64,000 bases of DNA from Elusimicrobiota bacterium (GCA_043811535.1 JBDRNC010000027.1:1-64000), one strand, 5' to 3'; shown: positions 51,850 through 63,003, counted from the first letter of the stretch. The notes: generated by a model not told the origin, from the letters alone. Translations and numbers: made by a program.

Positions 51850-53370
51850 TTATACAAGGGTTTTTTTGAATTCGAATATTGTGTTGTTGAGCTCTTCCTG
51901 CGTTTTATCGTCAAGTTTGGCGCCCGTCCGTATCTTTTCCGACAGCTGTTTCTCGTTCAAGCGGAAATACTCGTGCATCTCGCTTTCCGCTTTCTTTATA
52001 TTCGCTACGGGGATATCATCCAGAAGCCCGGATGTCGCCGCGAATATGCTGACCACCTGCGATACCTCGTCCAGCGGTTTGTACTGCGGCTGTTTCAGTA
52101 TCTCTACGACCCGTTTCCCTCGTTCTATCTGCTTGAGCGTCTGCTCATCAAGATCGCTTCCGAACTGGACGAAGGCCTGCAGCGACCTGAACTGCGCGAG
52201 TTCAATCCTTATCATGCTCGAGAACTGCTTCATTGCCTTTGACTGCGCCGCGCCGCCGACGCGCGACACCGATAATCCCGCGTTTATGGCAGGCCGTATG
52301 CCGGCGTTGAAAAGGTCCGCTTCAAGATAGATCTGGCCGTCGGTTATGGAGATGACGTTCGTGGGGATATAGGCCGATACGTCATTTGCCTGCGTTTCAA
52401 TAACGGGTATCGCGGTAAGAGTTCCCCCGCCTAATTCTTCGGAAAGCCGCGCGGCGCGCTCCAACAGCCGCGAATGAAGATAGAAAATATCTCCCGGGTA
52501 TGCCTCTCTTCCGGCCGGCCGCCTCAAAAGCAGCGCAAGCTGCCTGTACGCCCAGGCGTGTTTCGTGAGGTCGTCGTAAATCACAAGTACGTCTTCGCCT
52601 TTATCCATGAAGTACTCGCCGATCGCGCACGCGGCGAACGGCGCGATGTACTGAAGCGTCACCGGGTCGGACGCGCTTGCCGCGACTACTATCGTGTATT
52701 CCATCGCGCCTTCTTTTTCAAGGCGCGCGATTGTTCTCGCTATGTTGCTCCTCTTCTGCCCTATCGCGCAGTATATGCAGATCATGCGCTTGAGATTCAA
52801 GTCGCATTTTTTCTGGTTGATTATCGCGTCTATCGCGATGGCCGTCTTTCCCGTGTTGCGGTCGCCGATAATAAGTTCCCTTTGGCCCCTTCCTATCGGA
52901 GTCATCGCGTCTACGGCCTTGACTCCCGTTTTTACGGGACGGTCCACCGGCCGGCGGTCTATTATCTGATAAGCCAGCTTTTCCAGTGGATAAAGCTTGC
53001 CGGACGGCTTAAGCGGCTTGCCGTCAAGTGGATTCTGGAGCGGGTCTATGACGCGGCCGATAAGGTTATCGGAGGCCAGCACCCCCATGATCTTTCCGGT
53101 GGTCTTCACCTTCATGCCTTCGGAAATATCCTCGGCCGGCGAAAGCAGGACTATTGAGGTGGAATCCTCGTCCATGTTGAATATCAGTCCCCGCTTCTTG
53201 TTCTCGAACTCCACTTCTTCGCCGAACCCGGCTTTCGAGAGCCCGTTCGCCCTTATTATGCCGTCGCTGTTCGACATCACGATTCCCTGATTGGAATGCT
53301 CGGGGCTCAGTTGCGCCGTGGAAATCCTTTCTTCGATCTGTTTAATGAGTTCTTCAGGTGTTGTTGTCAT
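51850..53370 (-). CDS. atpA: ATP synthase alpha subunit
   Basis: GRGQRELIIGDRNTGKT, GREAYPGD, SVSRVGG. Confidence 0.99.
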   Translation of the reverse strand: MTTTPEELIKQIEERISTAQLSPEHSNQGIVMSNSDGIIRANGLSKAGFGEEVEFENKKRGLIFNMDEDSTSIVLLSPAEDISEGMKVKTTGKIMGVLASDNLIGRVIDPLQNPLDGKPLKPSGKLYPLEKLAYQIIDRRPVDRPVKTGVKAVDAMTPIGRGQRELIIGDRNTGKTAIAIDAIINQKKCDLNLKRMICIYCAIGQKRSNIARTIARLEKEGAMEYTIVVAASASDPVTLQYIAPFAACAIGEYFMDKGEDVLVIYDDLTKHAWAYRQLALLLRRPAGREAYPGDIFYLHSRLLERAARLSEELGGGTLTAIPVIETQANDVSAYIPTNVISITDGQIYLEADLFNAGIRPAINAGLSVSRVGGAAQSKAMKQFSSMIRIELAQFRSLQAFVQFGSDLDEQTLKQIERGKRVVEILKQPQYKPLDEVSQVVSIFAATSGLLDDIPVANIKKAESEMHEYFRLNEKQLSEKIRTGAKLDDKTQEELNNTIFEFKKTLV

Positions 53371-53514
53371 CCAGCCCTTCCTGTTCTATCCGCAGTTTCT
53401 TGCAGAAAGTATTCTTTAGATTTTTGCGAATTTCCCATGATATTATCGTTCCTTTTCGGAAGGACTGGATCTCTCACATTCCGGGTTTTTCCCAAAATGG
53501 TTCCGTCCCCTCAT

Positions 53515-53871
53515 CTATAGGTTCTCCCGCAGTTGTTGGAATGTCTTTTCAAGCATGTTTTTTATGTTCATCCTGGTTATTTCATCGTCGGCCTGTATCT
53601 CCATGCCCGCGCCGAGTTTATCCGACATCTCGAAAATTATCTCTTTTCCCCTGTATTTGCGCGAGATCATCTCCCTGGATTTGCTGTCCAGCTCGCCGGC
53701 CGTCCGGACAAAAACGCGGTTTTTCGCGGTTTCGCGGCGCAAAAGGCAGAGGAACTCCTTGAGTTCGGAGATGGAAAATTTCTTCAGGATGAAGTCAGCC
53801 GTTCTCTTGCTGACCTTGCCTTCGGAAACCGTCAGTTCCGCCAGTTCCTTGAGTTCCCTTTTGCTTATCAT
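53515..53871 (-). CDS. atpH: ATP synthase delta subunit (short)
   Basis: Position between atpF and atpA; C-terminal V.TA..L ... GAGMEI pattern. Confidence 0.7.
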   Translation of the reverse strand: MISKRELKELAELTVSEGKVSKRTADFILKKFSISELKEFLCLLRRETAKNRVFVRTAGELDSKSREMISRKYRGKEIIFEMSDKLGAGMEIQADDEITRMNIKNMLEKTFQQLRENL

Positions 53872-54380
53872 GACGGGAGGTTTTCCTTTTCTATCGTTTC
53901 AGCCGATTTTTTGAGTATCCTGTCCTTGTCTTCCTGCGAGAACACGGTCTCTATGACGCTCGCGAGGATCTTCTGGGATAATCCCAGCGACAGCTCTTTC
54001 ATGCTCTTTTCCGCCTTCTGCATCTCGGACTCGGCGCTCGCTTTTGCCTGCGCGATTATCTTTTCCGATTCGGTTTTTGAAACGGATATCATCTCGTTCT
54101 TGATATCTTCCGCGGCTTTTCTCGCGTTTTCAACTATCTCATGGGCGCCTAATTTCGCGTCCCTCACGATATCGGCGCTTTCCCTGCCGGCGTTTTCAAG
54201 AAATTCGGCGGCCTTGCTGGAATCCTCAATGCCCTTTTTAATCTTTTCTTCCCGCTCTTTCAGCATCTTCATTATCGGGGTGAAAAGGAATTTCTTGAAA
54301 ATGAAAACAAGTATAAGGAAGTTGATTATCTGCCCGATCAGCAGGCGGATATCCAGTCCGAATTGACCGAAAATTTCCAT
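53868..54380 (-). CDS. atpF: ATP synthase subunit b
   Basis: QIINFLILVFI.KKFL..PI..ML..R plus coiled coil. Confidence 0.95.
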   Translation of the reverse strand: MEIFGQFGLDIRLLIGQIINFLILVFIFKKFLFTPIMKMLKEREEKIKKGIEDSSKAAEFLENAGRESADIVRDAKLGAHEIVENARKAAEDIKNEMISVSKTESEKIIAQAKASAESEMQKAEKSMKELSLGLSQKILASVIETVFSQEDKDRILKKSAETIEKENLPS

Positions 54381-54451
54381 TGAGCACCTCAAGTGTCTCT
54401 ACTTAATTGTCCTATGCGAAATACCCGAAGGGTATAATATAGTTCCTATAT

Positions 54452-54643
54452 TTGATTACACAGATTTTTTAAATAGATTTCACAGATTACAAAGTGCTTT
54501 AATCCGTGTAATCGTCTTTATTAATCGGTGTAATCGTTTTTCTAATCCCGATAAATCGGGACTCCATTAATTGCATGTCGGAAGTCGTCTGTGTAATCGT
54601 TGTTCTTAATCTGTGTAATCGTCTTTGTAAATCTGTGTAATCT
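54452..54643. repeat. GATTACACAGATT / AATC(T/C/G)GTGTAATC inverted array (family C) inside the atp operon
   Basis: About five TGTAATC units; same family at 24380-24410 and 58160-58313. Confidence 0.8.
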
Positions 54644-54645
54644 TC

Positions 54646-55594
<949 letters not shown>

Positions 55595-55617
55595 ATTTAT
55601 CGCGTTCTGCGGTAACT

Positions 55618-55777
55618 TGAGTTGTTTGAAAAACCTTTTTTCGAAGCGAAATTTCGGGATTTGAGCCGCGGCGAGGCGGATGAGGCGAGTCCCGCTAAGG
55701 CGGGATGAGTCGAGTCCAACGACGCCTTAGGCCAAAGACCGAAATTGCAGCCGGAAAGGGGTTTTTCAACCAACTCA
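55618..55777. mobile_element. MITE-like element in the atp operon 5' UTR
   Basis: Terminal inverted repeats TGAGTTGTTTGAAAAACC / GGTTTTTCAACCAACTCA. Confidence 0.65.
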
Positions 55778-55782
55778 GGCAT

Positions 55783-55811
55783 ATTATAGTAGATTCACAT
55801 GTTTTATTCAA
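55783..55811 (-). promoter_or_regulatory. sigma70 promoter of the atp operon
   Basis: TTGAAT-17 bp-TATAAT. Confidence 0.7.
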
Positions 55812-55868
55812 TGTATAGTTCATTTCCGAAGTGGCGGAGACTCTTCGGAAATGGAGGCGGCAGACCCC

Positions 55869-57593
55869 TCAAATCCGGCCGAAATACTTCTCAAGCTGTT
55901 TTCTGCTGAGCTTGAATACGGTGGGCCTGCCGTGGGGACATGTGTAGGGCGCCGCGCACTTAAAAAGGTCGTCTATAAGCCTGTCCATTTCCTGACGGGA
56001 AACGCGGTCCCCGGCCTTGATACTTTTCCTGCAGGCAGAGCGTATTATCTTTTCCTTTTTTTCGGCTTCCGTGAGTTTTGTTTCTTCCGCGAGGGATTCA
56101 AGCACGCCTTTTATGACGTTTATTATTTCAAGCCCGGCGCCAAGCACCGCCGGGACCCCTGTTATCCGGAACGTTTTTGAACCGAATTCTTCTATCTCCC
56201 ATCCCGTTTCTTTAAGAAGCCCGATATTTTCCTTCAGCAGAGCGCTTAAGCTTGCGGGCATGTCCAGCGTTTCGGGAATCAGCATCTGCTGGACCTGCAC
56301 CTTATCATTCCTGGCTTCGTCCGAATATCTTTCATACCTGATCCTTTCGGCGGCGGCGTGCTGGTCTATGATGATCAGTTCGTCCCCTTTCTGGGCGACG
56401 AGATACGAGCCGAACACCTGGAACGCGTTTCCGGCAGTTTTGCCGGCTTCAAAATCCGCGGATATAAAAGGGGCCGCGGGTTTTCCGGCGGCGGTCCTGT
56501 TCCTCAGTATTAGTTCTTCGGCGGTATAGGTTGCCGGCGCTTCTTTAACGAAAGCCGGCTGTACGGAGGATTCAGGCGTCTCAAACTGCGTAAGCCTGAC
56601 CTGAACGGGCCTGTTCAGCGCGGTTTTAATGGAACGGTAAATGATATCGTAAAGATCGTTTTCCTTGGCAATGCGGATTTCACGCTTTGCAGGATGTATG
56701 TTGACGTCGATTTCGGAAGGGTCGATTTCCATGTAAAGCAGGATTCCGGGATGTCTCCCTTTTGGGAGATTCTCGCTGTACGCGTCGTAAATAGCGCGGA
56801 AAATGACCTTGCTTATCTGCACCGGCCTTCTGTTGACGAAAAGGAACTGGAAGTTCCTGTTGGGCTGGTTTTTTTCGGTCGGCGTGGCGAAACCGGAAAG
56901 TTTTATCTTAGGATGCGTTATCTCAAAAGGGACAAGCGAGGACGCGAACCCGTCCCCGAGTACGTCAAAGATCCTTTCAACTGGTTTTTTTGTCTGCGGC
57001 GTGTTCAGCGCCTGCCTGCCGTCGGAAATTACCCTGAATGATATTTCCGGCCGGGCAAGCGCGAGCTGCTCCGCGTGGCTGAGGATATTATGCTTTTCGG
57101 TCGCGCCGCTCTTAAGGAATTTCAGGCGCGCCGGGGTGTTGAAGAAAAGGCCGCTGACCTCGATGTTCGTGCCCGGTTTTCCCGCCCACTCCTTTTTCCC
57201 CTTTACTTTTCCTCCGGAGATCCTCAGTTCCATGCCGGCGTCCGCGCCTTTTGCCTGGCTCTGGACGAGTACATTGGAAACGGACGCGATCGACGGCAGC
57301 GCCTCGCCCCTGAAGCCCATGGTAAGAATCTTTGAAAGGTCGTCAAAACCGGATATCTTGCTGGTCGCGTGGCGCGTGAAGGCCAGGGACAGCTCTTCCG
57401 GCAACATGCCGCAGCCGTCGTCTGTCACGCGGATCAGTTTTCTGCCGGATTCCGTTATCTCTATCTCAATGGAGCGGCTGCCGGCGTCTATGGAATTCTC
57501 CGCGAGTTCTTTTACGACATTGGCGGGCCGCTCGATCACTTCCCCGGCGGCGATTTTATTGATGGTATCTTCGGATAAAATATGGATGGCCAT
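55869..57593 (-). CDS. mutL: DNA mismatch repair endonuclease MutL
   Basis: IAAGEVIERP, GFRGEAL, DQHAAAERI.YE, CPHGRP. Confidence 0.98.
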   Translation of the reverse strand: MAIHILSEDTINKIAAGEVIERPANVVKELAENSIDAGSRSIEIEITESGRKLIRVTDDGCGMLPEELSLAFTRHATSKISGFDDLSKILTMGFRGEALPSIASVSNVLVQSQAKGADAGMELRISGGKVKGKKEWAGKPGTNIEVSGLFFNTPARLKFLKSGATEKHNILSHAEQLALARPEISFRVISDGRQALNTPQTKKPVERIFDVLGDGFASSLVPFEITHPKIKLSGFATPTEKNQPNRNFQFLFVNRRPVQISKVIFRAIYDAYSENLPKGRHPGILLYMEIDPSEIDVNIHPAKREIRIAKENDLYDIIYRSIKTALNRPVQVRLTQFETPESSVQPAFVKEAPATYTAEELILRNRTAAGKPAAPFISADFEAGKTAGNAFQVFGSYLVAQKGDELIIIDQHAAAERIRYERYSDEARNDKVQVQQMLIPETLDMPASLSALLKENIGLLKETGWEIEEFGSKTFRITGVPAVLGAGLEIINVIKGVLESLAEETKLTEAEKKEKIIRSACRKSIKAGDRVSRQEMDRLIDDLFKCAAPYTCPHGRPTVFKLSRKQLEKYFGRI

Positions 57594-57600
57594 AATAGAA

Positions 57601-57713
57601 TAAATCCTAAACTTAAAATTCTAAATACTAAATAAATCCAAAATTCAAATTTTTAAATTTTTCTTTTTGAGCTTTTGATTTCTTTAGGATTTAGTGTTTA
57701 GGATTTAGTGTTT
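57601..57713. repeat. gene-less family A inverted 7-mer array
   Basis: ...CTAAATACTAAATAAATCCAAAATTCAAAT left arm; TTTAGGATTTAGTG right arm. Confidence 0.8.
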
Positions 57714-58143
57714 ATCTTTTATTATTGTGTAGTTTCTGCGGTTTGTGGCAGAGTTTGAGGTACGAACATTTTTCGAAACAGACGTCCGAGACTCCGAGCG
57801 CGAGTTTTGTCTCGCAGTCGGAAAAGTCGAATGCCAGGCGGTTTATGTGGCGGAAATCCGCGGGATCGATCTTGCTGAAAGTTATTCCTACGCGCCACAT
57901 CTCTCCCTTGGGCACGGTCCATACTACTTTACCCATCAGATGATGTGTTTTAAGCCCGGGAAGGTCTATGGACAGGTTTATCAGCGTGCTCAGCGGCAGC
58001 GCGCTGTAGGTGAGCAGGGACATTCCTCCCGCGGAAAGATCCACGAGGAGCCCGGGTATGGCATCCGTGCCAAGCCCTATCTGGATCGTTTCATCCATTT
58101 CATGGATGACAGGCGAGCGTTTGTATCTTCTTCTCTCTTCCAT
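57712..58143 (-). CDS. PilZ-domain protein with Cys-rich tail
   Basis: ERRRYKR and DLSAGG c-di-GMP-binding motifs. Confidence 0.88.
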   Translation of the reverse strand: MEERRRYKRSPVIHEMDETIQIGLGTDAIPGLLVDLSAGGMSLLTYSALPLSTLINLSIDLPGLKTHHLMGKVVWTVPKGEMWRVGITFSKIDPADFRHINRLAFDFSDCETKLALGVSDVCFEKCSYLKLCHKPQKLHNNKR

Positions 58144-58159
58144 ATTATAGAACCTTTAA

Positions 58160-58313
58160 TTGATTCCACAGATTTTTAACTTAGATTACATTGATTAAAG
58201 CATATTTGTTCAGTTATCTGTGTAATCTTTTTTGAAATCTGTGAAATCTTCTCTGGAATCGGTGTAATCGTCTTTTCTAATCTGTGTAATCGTCTTATTT
58301 AATCTGCGTAATC
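58160..58313. repeat. family C inverted array overlapping the mutS 3' end
   Basis: GATTCCACAGATT...AATCTGTGTAATC repeats. Confidence 0.8.
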
Positions 58314-60976
58314 TTTGTTTTCAGTTCAGTCAGGATTTTCAACGCTTCAATGGGAGTCGTATCATTCAAATCTATCTTGCCTAATTCTACTAAAATATTA
58401 TTGAAATTTGAAGTATCTTTTTGAGAAATTATTATATTATTTCTTTGCGCGCTCTGCGCGAATAATTCCAGCTCGCCCTGATGCCGGCCGTTCGCCTCGG
58501 ATTTGTATTTCTGTTCCAGGATATGCAAGATAGTTTTTGCGCGCGAAACGACGGTATCCGGAAGCCCCGCGAGCTGGGCGACGTGGATGCCGTACGACCT
58601 GTCCGCGGAGCCGGGGATTATCTTGTGCAGAAATACAACGTTGCCCTGCCACTCTTTGACCGACACGTTGAAATTCTTTATATTGCCGTATTTATCGGGA
58701 AGATCGGTTAGTTCGAAATAGTGCGTTGCGAAAAGGACTTTCGGCCCCTTTGATTTTGAGTTGTGCGCCCCGGCGAGATATTCGACCGAAGCCCGGGCGA
58801 TCGATATGCCGTCGTACGTCGATGTCCCGCGCCCCACCTCGTCAAGTATGATAAGGCTTCTCGGCGTGAACTGGTTCAGTATGCTGGATGTCTCGTGCAT
58901 CTCAACCATGAAGGTGGATTCTCCGCCGGCGAGGTTGTCCGCCGCGCCGATCCTCGTGAAGATCCTGTCCACAATGCCTATGACCGCCGACGATGCCGGC
59001 ACGTACGACCCTATCTGCGCAAGAATCGTTATCAGGGCGGCCTGCCTGAGATACGTGGATTTTCCGGCCATGTTCGGGCCCGTGAGAATAATTATCTGGT
59101 CGGTATCGGGGTTCAGGTATGTGTCGTTCGGCACGAAAGCGCCCGAACGCATCATTTTCTCAATTACGGGATGCCTGCCTTCCTTGATGTCCATTTCATG
59201 GCTCTCATCAACGTGGGGCTTGACGTAGTTGTTAAGCGCGGCTGTTTCCGCAAGAGATGAATACACGTCCAGTTCCGCCAGCGCGGACGCGATTTCCTGG
59301 AGCCTTCCGGAGCTTTCAAGGAGCTTGGAGCGCAGTTCCCTGAAAAGCGTTTCTTCAAGCCTTATGATCCTTTCATCGGCGGAAAGTATTTTTTCTTCCA
59401 GGGATTTAAGCTCGGGCGTGATGAACCTCTCGCCGTTCGCCACGGTCTGCTTGCGGATGTATTCCTGCGGCACAAGGCGCAGGTTCGGTTTCGTTACCTC
59501 TATATAGTAGCCGAAAACGGATGTATAGCCTATCTTGAGCGAGTTTATGCCGGTCCTTTCCCTTTCGCCGGTTTCGGTTTCGGATATGAATTTTTTCGCG
59601 TCGCGGCTGATCCTGCGCAGTTCGTCAAGCTCGGGATTGAAACCGTCGCGGATGACGCCTCCTTCTTTAATGCTGACCGGGGGCTCGTCCGCAAGGGTTC
59701 CGGATATAAGCTCGATTGTTTCCGAAGGAACTTTAAGTTTACTTGTGAGTTCGCTGACGGTAAGGGAAAGCCCGTCAAACGAGTCCGAAGGCTTGAGGTT
59801 TTCGGTTATTTTTTCCAGTATTTCCAGAGAGTTTTTAAGCGCGATGACTTCTTTCGGGCTCGCGGCACCGGAAGCCAGGCGGCTCAGTATCCGTTCAATA
59901 TCGGAAATGCCTTTGAGAAGCGCCCTGACCTGCCTTCGGGCCATCCCGTCATCCGCGAAAAACGACACCGCCTGCTGCCTGAGAACGATTTTCTTGGCAG
60001 AAATGAGCGGTTTTGTCAGCCATTGCCTTAAACTCCTTGCCCCCATCGGCGTAAGGGTTGAATCTATCGTTCCTAAAAGCGAGTTTTCCTTACTCCCTGA
60101 TGAAAAACTCGCTGTCAATTCAAGGTTTTTTATCGCCGTCTCATCCAAAAGCATGTATTCATCCAGCGAATAATACCTGATTTTTGAAAGCGGCGGCAGG
60201 TTGGTGACCTGCGTTTTCTCAAGATAAGCGAGTATCGCGCCCGCCGCTCCCGCGGCCAGCGCCTTGTTTTCTATTCCAAGCGGTTTTAGCGACTGAACAT
60301 TAAAGTATCGCTTTAACTTCGTAGCCGCTTCGGAAAACTCAAAGAACCAGTCATCCAAGGCGCTCAGAGTCACGTTCGCCCCGCCAAAAGAAGCGATGAA
60401 TGCTTCCTTTTCGCGCGATTTCGGCAGTATCAGTTCGCCCGAAGAAAGCCGGTATAGCTCGTTTTTGATATTATCCCTTGAGGTTTGGGTAGCGCCGAAC
60501 TCGCCCGTAGAAATGTCCACGTAGGCCAGCCCGAACTCGTTCAGGTTTTCCGAAGGAAGGATTGCGGTAAGGAAGTTGTTTTGTTTCGCTTCAAGCAGGT
60601 TGTCTTCAAGTATCGTTCCGGGGGTTATCACGCGGACAACGCCGCGCCTGACGACTTTTATGCCGGGGCGGGGTTCCTCCAACTGCTCGCAAACCGCGAC
60701 TTTCTCCCCCTTGGAGATGAGCTTTCTTATATAGGAGTTGACGGCATGGTAGGGCACGCCGCACATCGGGACGTCCTGGCGTTTTGTAAGGACCACTTCA
60801 AGCGCCGGGGAGGCCTTTATCGCGTCTTCCCCGAACATCTCGTAAAAATCGCCCAGCCGGAAAAAGAGGATGACTCCCGGATATTGCGTCTTTATATCCC
60901 TGTACTGCTGCATCAGCGGCGTCAGGGCGTCTTTTTTCGTATCAGGTTTCTGAGGTTTTGGATCCATTTGAGCCAT
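58295..60976 (-). CDS. mutS: DNA mismatch repair protein MutS
   Basis: TPLMQQY, GDFYEMF, TGPNMAGKSTY, STFMVEM, DEVGRGTST. Confidence 0.99.
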   Translation of the reverse strand: MAQMDPKPQKPDTKKDALTPLMQQYRDIKTQYPGVILFFRLGDFYEMFGEDAIKASPALEVVLTKRQDVPMCGVPYHAVNSYIRKLISKGEKVAVCEQLEEPRPGIKVVRRGVVRVITPGTILEDNLLEAKQNNFLTAILPSENLNEFGLAYVDISTGEFGATQTSRDNIKNELYRLSSGELILPKSREKEAFIASFGGANVTLSALDDWFFEFSEAATKLKRYFNVQSLKPLGIENKALAAGAAGAILAYLEKTQVTNLPPLSKIRYYSLDEYMLLDETAIKNLELTASFSSGSKENSLLGTIDSTLTPMGARSLRQWLTKPLISAKKIVLRQQAVSFFADDGMARRQVRALLKGISDIERILSRLASGAASPKEVIALKNSLEILEKITENLKPSDSFDGLSLTVSELTSKLKVPSETIELISGTLADEPPVSIKEGGVIRDGFNPELDELRRISRDAKKFISETETGERERTGINSLKIGYTSVFGYYIEVTKPNLRLVPQEYIRKQTVANGERFITPELKSLEEKILSADERIIRLEETLFRELRSKLLESSGRLQEIASALAELDVYSSLAETAALNNYVKPHVDESHEMDIKEGRHPVIEKMMRSGAFVPNDTYLNPDTDQIIILTGPNMAGKSTYLRQAALITILAQIGSYVPASSAVIGIVDRIFTRIGAADNLAGGESTFMVEMHETSSILNQFTPRSLIILDEVGRGTSTYDGISIARASVEYLAGAHNSKSKGPKVLFATHYFELTDLPDKYGNIKNFNVSVKEWQGNVVFLHKIIPGSADRSYGIHVAQLAGLPDTVVSRAKTILHILEQKYKSEANGRHQGELELFAQSAQRNNIIISQKDTSNFNNILVELGKIDLNDTTPIEALKILTELKTKITQIK

Positions 60977-61491
60977 TTGTAGTTTCGCATTACGGTTTTT
61001 ACGTACCGGCGCGTTTCATCGTAAGGGATGTCGCTTATCTCGACCTCAAGCATGGGATTCTTCTTGTACCATATCTGAACCTTGCTTTTTCCGGCGTTAT
61101 AGGCCGCCAGCGCGAGAACGTTGTTGTTGCGGAATTCTTTCCTGAGTTCCGCCAGATAATATACCCCGAATTGTATGTTGATATCGGGATTCTCTAGGTC
61201 CGAGGGTTTGTAATCCGTGAAATTCAGCGCTTTGGCGACCTCTTCCGCCGTTGACGGCATCAGTTGCATGAGCCCGGCGGCGCCCGTGCTGGATTTCGCG
61301 CTCTTTGAGAAATTGGACTCCGCTTTAATGACCGCTATCACCAGCAGAGGGTCAACCCCGTATTTCCGGGAGTAGGTGTTCACGGTGTCTTTCAGAAAAA
61401 CGGGTCCGAGCACCGTCCACGGGAACTCAAAATACAGGAGCGATGCCGCGAAAACGACAAGCGCCAGAAAGAGTATAAGGGGTTTTTTCAT
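60922..61491 (-). CDS. lytic transglycosylase (SLT domain)
   Basis: AVIKAES, GLMQLMP.TA, AAYNAG, ETRRYV. Confidence 0.93.
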   Translation of the reverse strand: MKKPLILFLALVVFAASLLYFEFPWTVLGPVFLKDTVNTYSRKYGVDPLLVIAVIKAESNFSKSAKSSTGAAGLMQLMPSTAEEVAKALNFTDYKPSDLENPDINIQFGVYYLAELRKEFRNNNVLALAAYNAGKSKVQIWYKKNPMLEVEISDIPYDETRRYVKTVMRNYKWLKWIQNLRNLIRKKTP

Positions 61492-61505
61492 GTATTTTTT
61501 TACCT

Positions 61506-61582
61506 TCTCCTTCCCCCTTTATGGGGGAAGGTTGGGATGGGGGTCCTCCCCACCCTCCCCCTCCCCTACCAGAGGGGAGGGC
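61506..61582. repeat. C/G-run palindromic intergenic repeat
   Basis: CCTTCCCCC..GGGGGAAGG and CCCTCCCCT..AGGGGAGGG hairpins. Confidence 0.6.
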
Positions 61583-61602
61583 AAATGTAATACTGCTTAT
61601 TG

Positions 61603-62943
61603 CTAAACTTCCGTACCGGATAATGAGTTTATTTTCCCGGAGATAATCCTGACCAGGGCTGTCTCCCCCGCTGATTTTTTGTCGGATGGAAAATACACCT
61701 TCTTATTCGTCCTCGTCATCCCGGAGCAAATCCCGTCGCGGATTTCCTCCACAAGGACTTCCCAAACGGTGCCTATCAGTTTAGCATTTTTTTCAACCGA
61801 AATTTTATTCGCCGTTTCAAGAATTTCCGCGTGGCGCTTTTCCTTTGTTTCTCTGGGCACGTTATCCTTGAGCTTATCTGCTTCCGTGCCCGGCCGCGGC
61901 GAGTATTTGAACGCGAAAAGGAAGTCAAACCTGATTTTCTTTACCATGGCGAGCGTTTTTTTGAAGTCCGCTTCGGTCTCTCCGGGGAAACCTATCAGAA
62001 TATCGGTAGTTACGCCGCCTTCAGGCATTTTTGAGCGGAAATCCTTTATTATATCCAGGTAATCCCCGGCGGTGTATCCGCGGTTCATCAGTTTAAGTAT
62101 TTTATCGGAACCCGACTGCAGCGGCAGGTGCAGGTGTTCGCAAACCTTGTCCAGCTTGTTCATCGCGCTGACAAGCCTGCTTCCCGAATCTTTAGGGTGG
62201 CTTGTCATGAACCGTATCCGTTCAATGCCTTCTATGCCGTTTACCATTTCCAGCAGGCCGGTAAAGTCAGTTGTTTTTTTCTTTAAACATGTAACATTTA
62301 ACATTAAACAGTCTTTATAGCTATTGACGTTTTGTCCCAGCAGCGTCACTTCCTTGACGCCCCGCCCGGCAAGATGCGTTATTTCTTCGATTATCTCGCC
62401 GGCCGGCCTGGAGATTTCCTTGCCGCGCACGTAAGGAACGATGCAGTACGAACAGAAATTTTCGCACCCGCGCATGATTGTGACAAAAGCAGAAACATCG
62501 GAAGACGGAAGACGGCGACTACCACTATATTGATTATGGAGTCCCGATGAATAATCGGGATTGACGGGAGACGGATTTATTAGTTTACTTCCCAGAATTT
62601 TTGCAAGTATTTGCGGGAATTGATCTATGCTTTTGGCGCCGATGACCTCGTCCACCATCTGGAAGCGGCTCTTCATGTTTTTTCCCAGCCGCTCGGCGGC
62701 GCACCCGGCAAAGACTATCTTTAGCTTCGGATTTCTTTTTTTAAGCGGTTTGAGGCGCCCCACATAAGAAAGCGCCCTGTGTTCGGCGTGGTCGCGGACG
62801 GAACAGGTGTTTACGACAATGATATCGGCTTCCTTCAGGTCTTGGGCGGGCTGCATCCCGAGGCCGGCGAGCGCGTCCGCCATGAAATCCGAATCCGCGA
62901 TATTCATCTGACAGCCGAAGGTTTTTATATAGTATTTTTCCAT
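61603..62943 (-). CDS. miaB: tRNA methylthiotransferase MiaB with repeat-derived linker insertions
   Basis: TFGCQMN, NTCSVR, CENFCSYC, GQNVNSY, YSPRPGT, TRAM domain. Confidence 0.97.
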   Translation of the reverse strand: MEKYYIKTFGCQMNIADSDFMADALAGLGMQPAQDLKEADIIVVNTCSVRDHAEHRALSYVGRLKPLKKRNPKLKIVFAGCAAERLGKNMKSRFQMVDEVIGAKSIDQFPQILAKILGSKLINPSPVNPDYSSGLHNQYSGSRRLPSSDVSAFVTIMRGCENFCSYCIVPYVRGKEISRPAGEIIEEITHLAGRGVKEVTLLGQNVNSYKDCLMLNVTCLKKKTTDFTGLLEMVNGIEGIERIRFMTSHPKDSGSRLVSAMNKLDKVCEHLHLPLQSGSDKILKLMNRGYTAGDYLDIIKDFRSKMPEGGVTTDILIGFPGETEADFKKTLAMVKKIRFDFLFAFKYSPRPGTEADKLKDNVPRETKEKRHAEILETANKISVEKNAKLIGTVWEVLVEEIRDGICSGMTRTNKKVYFPSDKKSAGETALVRIISGKINSLSGTEV

Positions 62944-62954
62944 TCTATTTTTTT

Positions 62955-63003
62955 AAAGGGGACGGTTCTATTTTTTACTTAAAAAATAGAACCGTCCCCT
63001 TTA
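62955..63003. repeat. perfect palindrome overlapping a gene 3' end
   Basis: AAAGGGGACGGTTCTATTTTTT / AAAAAATAGAACCGTCCCCTTT. Confidence 0.8.

Noticed and set aside
53371..53514. Possible small gene between atpH and atpA
   Set aside because: Only two ~23-codon ORFs in different frames, with no recognisable features
55597..55782. 61-aa ORF as a possible atpI
   Set aside because: Not hydrophobic and coincides with the MITE-like element
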